Assembly: GCA_022711115.1 (NCBI GenBank) | Contig: JAKLFP010000004.1 | Coordinates: 178,625 to 242,624, forward strand | Reading direction: 5' to 3' | DNA from: Candidatus Omnitrophota bacterium | GTDB lineage: Bacteria; Omnitrophota; Omnitrophia; Omnitrophales; Aquincolibacteriaceae | Length of the DNA stretch: 64,000 nucleotides | Shown here: piece by piece, positions 58,030 to 64,000 of the stretch | How positions within the stretch are numbered: the first letter of the stretch is position 1 | Layout of the letters: the number at the start of each line of letters is the position of its first letter | The notes under the pieces: generated by a model | Seen by the model: only the letters and a program-made list of their open reading frames with translations | Database searches by the model: none | Told to the model about the DNA's origin: nothing | Made by a program: the position numbers and the translations under genes

Positions 58030-58320
58030 ATGTCTCAGCATCCAAGCTTGCGTTTTGATAGCGTCGGAACCAAGCATCGCAATGTGTTTAAAAGATTTGA
58101 AAGAGTCAAAAAACTTCAGGAAATGGGTAAGTGGAATGACAAGAGTACTGTTTACAATCTGCCCAAGGTCAAGTCACTCAAAATTAAAATGAAGAAGGTT
58201 AAAGAAGCAAAAGAGGGGACGTCCACGGAGGGAGTTGCCGCGCCTGCGGTTGGTGCTCCAGCGGCAACAAAACCTGCAGCCAAAACTGCCGCGAAGCCTG
58301 CCGGAGAGACCAAAAAATAA
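58030..58320 (+). CDS. Small basic protein with a Lys/Ala/Pro-rich histone-H1-like tail
   Basis: 96 aa. Strong RBS AAGGAG, upstream perfect -10 TATAAT (about 57960). C-terminal AAPAVGAPAATKPAAKTAAKPAGETKK. Confidence 0.5.
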   Translation: MSQHPSLRFDSVGTKHRNVFKRFERVKKLQEMGKWNDKSTVYNLPKVKSLKIKMKKVKEAKEGTSTEGVAAPAVGAPAATKPAAKTAAKPAGETKK

Positions 58321-58342
58321 TAATGAACGGATTTTGTCTTTT

Positions 58343-58840
58343 ATGATCACGATACGACGATGTTCCAAAGAAGATGAAGCATCGATTATTGATCTCATCA
58401 ACGGTATTATGAACAACGAATTCCGTGAAGTGAAACATGCCTACCCCACGGAAGATGTCGAATGCATCGAAAAGGCTTACGGCGGCATCGGCGAAGCTTT
58501 TTTCGTAGCACTTGACGGACATGCTCATAAAGTTGTCGGAACCGTTGCGATCAAGAAAGAGGATGAGCGAGTCGCTCTTCTTCGACGATTATTTGTGGCT
58601 CCGACCCATCGCAATCAGAAGATCGGCAAAAAACTTATCGATCATGCATTGGAATTTTGCCGGGAAGTGGGATATGAAGAAATTGTTTTTAAAACCACAT
58701 CTCGGATGTCAGGAGCGATCGATCTTTGCAAAAAGAACGGCTTTCTCCAACGCGCCCATATTGTTCTTGGTCCCATAGAATTAATCAAATTAGCCTTGTC
58801 GTTAAAAGAATCCGCCCATTTATTAAAGGGGAAATCTTAG
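58343..58840 (+). CDS. GNAT-family N-acetyltransferase
   Basis: About 165 aa. Acetyl-CoA motif A RRLFVAPTHRNQKIGKKLI. ORF open from 58235; the ATG at 58343 is preferred. Confidence 0.75.
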   Translation: MITIRRCSKEDEASIIDLINGIMNNEFREVKHAYPTEDVECIEKAYGGIGEAFFVALDGHAHKVVGTVAIKKEDERVALLRRLFVAPTHRNQKIGKKLIDHALEFCREVGYEEIVFKTTSRMSGAIDLCKKNGFLQRAHIVLGPIELIKLALSLKESAHLLKGKS

Positions 58841-58841
58841 C

Positions 58842-59888
58842 ATGGCTTTTTTTATTAAAAAGAAGCTCAAGAATTCTCAAATCTCAACACTTTCAGAATC
58901 TGAAATCCAAAAAAAACTTTATGGAGAATTTAATGCCGGAGATTCAGAATTTGCGACCAACGAGCGGGGGAGTGTCAAGCCGTCGGGAGTAGAGCCCTCT
59001 TTTTTGAAGAATGATTTAAAGAGACAAGACGAAAAAGAAAAGGCAAAAGCGGCGCCTGACCTTTTCAACGTTTCGCAGGACAATATAGCAAATGCGATCC
59101 CGGCTAAAACGAGTACTCCGGAATCTAAATCCGTGGAGATCAAACCACCTTATGTTCCCCCGCGTGATTTTGACAAAAAGGCCGTACTTTCCAATAGCCC
59201 GAAGGAGTCAATCGGAGTTCCGAAAGTTTATGCGCACCGATTGGGCGAAAAAGGGCGAACAGACGGGGTGCTGTTCTTCGAAAAAATAAAAGTAGGATTT
59301 TTGGAATTTTTCAGTCAGTTTTCAAATTACAAACATCTCGTTTCGAAAAAGCTTCTTTTTTCAAGTGCGGTTATTTTAGTAGTCGTAATGCTTTTTTGGT
59401 CCGTAAGTGTTTTAAATTCCCAGCGTGAAGAGGCGATGAAGGGCAGATACCGTCTGGCGGAAGCTTCAAGGAAAATAACAACCAATCATGTTGAGGCAAA
59501 TGTTTCGACCCAGGCTGCTGCAGCGCCATTGGGTAATCAGGTGACAAAACCTCGTGAAGTTGTTATAACCCCGGTTCAGATGCGCCGCACGGATCCATCC
59601 GAAACAAAATCAGAAACCAATAGACCAAACAACGAGGGTGGCCATTATGTTATCCAAGTTGTTACCTACCCCAGCATCGAAGATGCTCAGAAGGTTGTGG
59701 ATGCATTAAAGAGGGATAACTTAAAAGCTTTTTTGAAAGAGAATAAAAGGCCGAGTGGGCGTGTTTTTTATATCGTGATGATCGGTGGTTTCAGTACCGA
59801 GACAGAAGCCCAGGCACAGCTTTTAAAATTTCGAGCCAAAGAGATTGCACGGCCATTTCAGGACGCATTCGTCAAAATAAGCCAATGA
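58842..59888 (+). CDS. Bitopic membrane protein with a C-terminal SPOR domain
   Basis: 348 aa. Central TM (AVILVVVMLFWSVSVL). C-terminal SPOR-like domain (HYVIQVVTYPSIEDAQKVVDAL...FYIVMIGGFSTETEAQAQL). Confidence 0.55.
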   Translation: MAFFIKKKLKNSQISTLSESEIQKKLYGEFNAGDSEFATNERGSVKPSGVEPSFLKNDLKRQDEKEKAKAAPDLFNVSQDNIANAIPAKTSTPESKSVEIKPPYVPPRDFDKKAVLSNSPKESIGVPKVYAHRLGEKGRTDGVLFFEKIKVGFLEFFSQFSNYKHLVSKKLLFSSAVILVVVMLFWSVSVLNSQREEAMKGRYRLAEASRKITTNHVEANVSTQAAAAPLGNQVTKPREVVITPVQMRRTDPSETKSETNRPNNEGGHYVIQVVTYPSIEDAQKVVDALKRDNLKAFLKENKRPSGRVFYIVMIGGFSTETEAQAQLLKFRAKEIARPFQDAFVKISQ

Positions 59889-60256
59889 AAAGTTCAATGT
59901 GGGATGGTTTCAATAAACGTAAATTTCCGAGAATTCATCTTACTTGTGAGGTGGTCATTCAGCCGTTGAATAAGGCAAAGACTTTTGTGGCCACGACAGA
60001 AGATGTTGGCATGGGGGGTGTTTCAGTGATGTTGGAGGAACCTCTGGAGCGCTTTGACCGTTGTAAAATTACGCTAGAGCTTAAGGATGGTGAAGCTCCG
60101 GTTCGATGTGCGGGGCGCAGCGTTTGGGTGATCCCGAGCCAAGATCTCAAAACTTCGAAAAAACATTTTGATACAGGGATTGAATTTTTAGATATTGATG
60201 AGTTCTCCAGAAAGCGTCTACAGTCTTTTTTAATGCGCCCAATTAAAAAAACATAA
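59885..60256 (+). CDS. Single-domain PilZ protein (putative c-di-GMP receptor)
   Basis: 123 aa. RxxxR motif (KRKFPRIHL). D-x-S-x-x-G-like motif (EDVGMGG, with Ser replaced by Gly). Start overlaps the upstream stop (ATGA). Confidence 0.62.
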   Translation: MKSSMWDGFNKRKFPRIHLTCEVVIQPLNKAKTFVATTEDVGMGGVSVMLEEPLERFDRCKITLELKDGEAPVRCAGRSVWVIPSQDLKTSKKHFDTGIEFLDIDEFSRKRLQSFLMRPIKKT

Positions 60257-60274
60257 CTCTCTTGTCGGCTATCT

Positions 60275-60772
60275 ATGGCCCAACAATTTTCCTTTGATAT
60301 TACTTCGCAAGTCGACCTCCAGGAAGTCGATAATGCTGTCAATCAAGCTAAGAAGGAACTTCAAACCCGTTTCGATTTTAAGGGAAGTAAGAGCTCTTTA
60401 GAATTTTTGAAAGATGAGAAGAAAATTCGCATTATTGGGGATGATGATATGAAGCTGCGCAATCTTCAAGATATCCTTAAAACCCGGATAGCTAGCCGAA
60501 AAATATCAGTGAAAGCGCTTGATTTCAAGACCCCTGAGACGGCCTTTGATGGCTGTTGGCGGCAAGAGGTATCTTTGGTGCTGGGTATCCCCCAGGAAAA
60601 AGCAAAAGAGATTGTGAAAATGATAAAAGACCTTGGGAGCAAAGTTCAGCCGACCATTCAGGGGGATGCAATCAGAGTTTCGTCTAAAAGTAAGGATGAG
60701 TTGCAAGCTGTGATTCAGCACCTTCGAAGTCTTTCCCTTGCCATCCCTGTTCAATTTTGTAATTTTCGCTAA
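60275..60772 (+). CDS. yajQ: YajQ-family (UPF0234) nucleotide-binding protein
   Basis: 165 aa. Colinear with YajQ (FDITSQVDLQEVDNAVNQAKKEL...RFDFKG...). Confidence 0.85.
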   Translation: MAQQFSFDITSQVDLQEVDNAVNQAKKELQTRFDFKGSKSSLEFLKDEKKIRIIGDDDMKLRNLQDILKTRIASRKISVKALDFKTPETAFDGCWRQEVSLVLGIPQEKAKEIVKMIKDLGSKVQPTIQGDAIRVSSKSKDELQAVIQHLRSLSLAIPVQFCNFR

Positions 60773-61004
60773 ATTATTTCCAGGTATGGAGTTAAGTAAT
60801 TTTTCAAGACATCGGAAAGCTTAGATTTTTTTAATTTAGCATCTAAATAAAGTCATCTCCAATACTTGTAAATTCAAGGTTTGTATGCTATTTTTTTTTA
60901 ATCAGAAACAACTAACCTATTAACTAAATACTCAATGAAGTCGATATAATCATGAGTATGTCTTATTTCATTTACATAAATCACGGAAAATAAAGGAGGG
61001 TGCA

Positions 61005-61394
61005 ATGGAAAAAGATAAGCGTAAGTTTAAGCGCTTTGATGCCTATATGAGTGTAAAATTTACAGGCACAGATGAAACTTCCGTGAAAGGATTAGGCCTC
61101 AGTCGTGATTTGTGTCGGGAAGGGTTAAAGATCAATTCAGACAAGTCCCTCAAAGAGGGAATGCAACTCGACCTTGAAATCAGTATTCCTGACGACCCCA
61201 AACCCATTTTCAGCTCTGGACAAGTTGTTTGGTCCAAGCCGTCCGAAGGAACCGATCAAGGATATGATCAAGGGGTCAAGCTTCTTAATATGGACCCGGT
61301 TGATAAGTTTCGCGTTTTGGATTATGCGTATAATCACTGGCTGGAAAATAAGGTGAATGATTATGCGGATCCGGAAAGTGTTCAGGAGTGGTAA
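61005..61394 (+). CDS. Single-domain PilZ protein (putative c-di-GMP receptor)
   Basis: 129 aa. RxxxR (KRKFKRFD). D-x-S-x-x-G-like (RDLCREGL, with Ser replaced by Cys). Strong RBS AAGGAGGG and TATAAT upstream. Confidence 0.6.
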   Translation: MEKDKRKFKRFDAYMSVKFTGTDETSVKGLGLSRDLCREGLKINSDKSLKEGMQLDLEISIPDDPKPIFSSGQVVWSKPSEGTDQGYDQGVKLLNMDPVDKFRVLDYAYNHWLENKVNDYADPESVQEW

Positions 61395-61520
61395 ACCTGA
61401 AGTTTAAGACTTTCCAGTCGGAAGCCATTCTGACTACCATCAAGGTTTGAGGAATCAGCTGAGAAAAAATTTTGATGAGAAAGAACTACCTCTCCGTAGT
61501 GTGAAGATCTGTAAGGAGAT

Positions 61521-61550
61521 ATGACTATCCTGCCGATAATGCTTCCATGA
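61521..61550 (+). other. Nine-codon upstream mini-ORF (MTILPIMLP*) with a strong RBS, terminating in an ATGA overlap with the start of the cNMP-patatin gene
   Basis: GTAAGGAGAT-ATG at 61521. The TGA at 61548-61550 overlaps the ATG at 61547. Confidence 0.25.
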
Positions 61551-63580
61551 AGAATTTCTTCTCTTTTGGAAAAAAAATGAAATCTGAGACAAGGGATGGT
61601 TTTCTGTTGGATCCTATTCCTCTTTTTTCATCCTTGCCCGCCGATGCGCAGGCCCAGATACAACAATACTCGAGGCTCGTTGGTTTTAAACGGGGTGATA
61701 TTGTTTACGAAGAGGGAACCAGACCCGATGCGTTTTATATTATCATCTCCGGGCGTTTCCGACTTTTTACACGAGCCCATGGGCCCGAAAAGGAATCGAC
61801 GCTTCTTTATTTTTATAGAGGGGAGCACTTCGGTGAGACATCGCTGTTAACGGGTAATGTGCACAGCGCATCCGTGGAAGCAAAAACCGATGCTGTGGTG
61901 CTAAAAATCAGCGCGGAAAGTTTTCATAAACTTCTTCAAGAAATTCCGGCTCTTGCTTTACAACTAAGCCGTTCGCTTGGCCGGCATTTAACGCGAGAAG
62001 AACTTGGCTATAGCCATCATCGGAGCGAAGTGCGCATCGCTACCTTTTATTACACGGCGTGCACAGAAGCAATGTCGACTTTTCTATTTGATTTTATGGA
62101 TGCCTTGAAGCATGAAACTCAAAGAGCCATCCTTCTTGTGGATCTTTCTGGCATGCTTAAGGCAAGGTTGAAGATGGCATCTTCCCGCGGGGGATTGCAA
62201 GGATTCGATCTGAAGCAAATGGATCCATCTCAGGGTTCACAGGTTCATGAATCCATTTATCATACGCCCAATGGTTTTGATTATCTGCCTTTTGTGGTGA
62301 ACGAAGGTCTTGATAAAGATACAGAGAAATTCACCTCGCTTTTGACCTATTTAACCTATCAGTATGATTATCTTATTATTTGTTTACCCGATCGAAATAC
62401 GCCGGTAGCGGTTAAAGCCTTGAACTATTCGGATCGTGTTTATCTTTGGGCGGACAAACCTTCGGATGTTGTTACCTTTACTTCGAAAAAAGTCAGTGAG
62501 TTTTGCCAGGATTTTGGATTTGGCAGAAATGACATTAAGATTATTATGCCGTCCCAGGAAGGAAAGACGCTTTCTTTGGACGGTAAAGAGGTTCCCCAGG
62601 AAATCCAGTTTTTTTCCATGCTGCCGTCAATGCAGTACCAGCGTTTTCGTTATGAACGGACGCTAAGATTTCTAGCCAAGGAATGGTCTGAGAGGTTGGT
62701 TGGATTGGTTTTGGGTAGTGGTGCCGCCTATGGTCTAGCGCATATTGGTGTGCTGCGGGTCTTGGAACAGGAAAAGATTCCTGTGGATGTGATAGCAGGA
62801 TCCAGTATTGGAGCTTTAGTGGGAACGCTTTGGGCGGCAGGTTATGATTCATTTGAAATAGAAAAAATAGCGAAGTCTTTCGACAAAAAAAGCATTTTTT
62901 TTAAACTGCTCGGTTTCCGGGATATTTCGGCCATGCATCGTGGTTTTTTTAAAGGGGAACAAATTGTTCGTTTTCTGTCCGCCTATTTAAAAGATATGAC
63001 CTTTCAAGATCTGAAAATTCCCCTCAAAATCGTAGCGACGGATCTTTTAACCTCTGAGGAGATTGTGATTGATTCCGGAAATGTGCTCAACGCTATTCGC
63101 GCATCGATATCAATGCCTGGATTTTTTCGTCCCAGTTCCTACAAGGGGAGTTATCTCATGGATGGAGGCATTGTCGATCCTCTCCCTGTCAGGACGCTAT
63201 CTGACATGGGTGTCCGCAAAATTATGGCAGTTAATGTCTTGCCGTCGCCAAAAGATTTGATAGCGCGAAATGATGCTCGACGCAGGGCTTTCCACCAGTC
63301 TTTTCAGCAGCGCAGCCATTGGTCGCAAATGATCATGAAAATGAAGGATCGTCTTCAGCGACGTTATACTGCGAATATTTTTAACGTTCTGATGAATTCA
63401 ATCATGTTTACGGAGTTTGAAATCGCCCGCATGGAGGGGAGTGCTGCCGATATTTTTATTCATGCGGCTTTGCCTGACGCCCACTGGATTGAATTTTTTT
63501 CCCCGGAAAAATTTATTAACGAAGGCATCCAAAAAACTAAAGAACAGCTGGCTGAAATCCGCCAGCTTTTGGTCGAATAA
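61547..63580 (+). CDS. Cyclic-nucleotide-binding domain - unknown middle domain - patatin-like phospholipase (bacterial NTE-like protein)
   Basis: 677 aa. cNMP-binding (GEHFGETSLL, ...FYIIISGRFRL). Patatin motifs GxGxxG (LGSGAAYG), GxSxG (AGSSIGAL) and catalytic Asp in DGG (LMDGGIVD). Alternative start at 61577. Confidence 0.8.
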   Translation: MKNFFSFGKKMKSETRDGFLLDPIPLFSSLPADAQAQIQQYSRLVGFKRGDIVYEEGTRPDAFYIIISGRFRLFTRAHGPEKESTLLYFYRGEHFGETSLLTGNVHSASVEAKTDAVVLKISAESFHKLLQEIPALALQLSRSLGRHLTREELGYSHHRSEVRIATFYYTACTEAMSTFLFDFMDALKHETQRAILLVDLSGMLKARLKMASSRGGLQGFDLKQMDPSQGSQVHESIYHTPNGFDYLPFVVNEGLDKDTEKFTSLLTYLTYQYDYLIICLPDRNTPVAVKALNYSDRVYLWADKPSDVVTFTSKKVSEFCQDFGFGRNDIKIIMPSQEGKTLSLDGKEVPQEIQFFSMLPSMQYQRFRYERTLRFLAKEWSERLVGLVLGSGAAYGLAHIGVLRVLEQEKIPVDVIAGSSIGALVGTLWAAGYDSFEIEKIAKSFDKKSIFFKLLGFRDISAMHRGFFKGEQIVRFLSAYLKDMTFQDLKIPLKIVATDLLTSEEIVIDSGNVLNAIRASISMPGFFRPSSYKGSYLMDGGIVDPLPVRTLSDMGVRKIMAVNVLPSPKDLIARNDARRRAFHQSFQQRSHWSQMIMKMKDRLQRRYTANIFNVLMNSIMFTEFEIARMEGSAADIFIHAALPDAHWIEFFSPEKFINEGIQKTKEQLAEIRQLLVE

Positions 63581-63615
63581 CCTCCAACGGTCGAAATATA
63601 TTTCAGGGGGACTTA

Positions 63616-64000
63616 ATGAGCGAGATTGTTATTGCAGGCGCTGTGCGCACAGCGCAATGTAAATTAGGGGGAGCTTTAAAGGATTTTACCAATCAAAAGC
63701 TCGGTTCTATTGTTTTAAGCGGATTGATCGAGCGAACTCAAATTTTGCCCCAGAGGATCGATGAGGTGATTTTTGGTTGTGTGGGGCAGCAATCCGATGC
63801 CCACAATGTTGCCCGGGTAATCGCTTTAATGGCAGGCCTTCCGCAGCAAACAACAGCTTTTACGGTTGCCCGGAATTGTGGATCGGGTCTCCAAGCGATT
63901 ATCAGTGCTGTTCAATCGATTCAATCGGGTGATGCAGAGGTCGTTGTTGCAGGCGGGGTTGAGGTGATGTCTGCTTCTCCTTATCTAAATCGTGATCTCA
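63616..64000 (+). CDS. Acetyl-CoA C-acetyltransferase (thiolase II), 5' fragment
   Basis: MSEIVIAGAVRTAQCKLGG... and the catalytic Cys region (VARNCGSGLQAI). Continues beyond the window end. Confidence 0.85.
   Translation, partial: MSEIVIAGAVRTAQCKLGGALKDFTNQKLGSIVLSGLIERTQILPQRIDEVIFGCVGQQSDAHNVARVIALMAGLPQQTTAFTVARNCGSGLQAIISAVQSIQSGDAEVVVAGGVEVMSASPYLNRDL

Noticed and set aside
1-64000. CRISPR arrays, IS elements or prophage remnants
   Set aside because: There are no regularly spaced direct repeats, no transposase/integrase/recombinase-like ORFs and no terminal inverted repeats. The only repeat structures are isolated hairpins.

Overview
This window is a gene-dense bacterial chromosomal segment. 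Almost every gene is on the + strand, and many neighbours overlap by ATGA/TGATG, which suggests translational coupling. About 45-50 % GC; proteins of PVC / candidate-phylum flavour, but taxonomy cannot be fixed from sequence alone. No rRNA, tRNA, CRISPR array, integrase or transposase is recognisable.

Gene order, start to end:
- Start of window: a tsaE 3' fragment, a stand-alone receiver-domain response regulator (CheY-like), radC, and a convergent minus-strand HAD-family hydrolase.
- A BT1 (folate-biopterin) family MFS transporter, then a 656-bp non-coding gap.
- A soluble sensor kinase with four CBS domains, a PAS domain and the kinase core, carrying an unusual degenerate GGDEF-like C-terminal tail.
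- mutS-mutL, translationally coupled, followed by a CheY-like receiver.
- A macro-domain protein and an OmpR/HisK pair.
- An orphan PtsN-like EIIA domain.
- An accessory-looking stretch: an ATPase_2-family NTPase, a HIT protein, a GAF/HD-GYP-like protein with HD->LD, a small membrane protein, an OmpA-like lipoprotein and an unknown membrane protein.
- A long dcw cluster: murE-murF-mraY-murD-ftsW-murG-murC-murB-ddl-ftsQ-ftsA. It has no ftsZ after ftsA and no mraZ/rsmH/ftsL/ftsI before murE. An SGNH hydrolase follows ftsA.
- The glycine-cleavage operon gcvT-gcvH-gcvPA-gcvPB, with a short lipoate-protein ligase and a small unknown gene coupled to pcrA/uvrD.
- plsC, an EEP-family nuclease/phosphatase, an M48 peptidase, a TPR/peptidase-MA-like protein, a ParB-like protein and batD-batE.
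- trpB-trpA, ruvX, an M16 peptidase, rpe, lepA and lepB.
- A terminal stretch with two SPOR proteins, a histone-H1-like small basic protein and a GNAT.
- A tight PilZ-YajQ-PilZ trio followed by a cNMP-binding-patatin (NTE-like) protein, then the 5' end of a thiolase gene.

The most interesting theme is an accumulation of c-di-GMP/cyclic-nucleotide effector-type and degenerate turnover domains with no intact GGDEF/EAL enzyme in the window.
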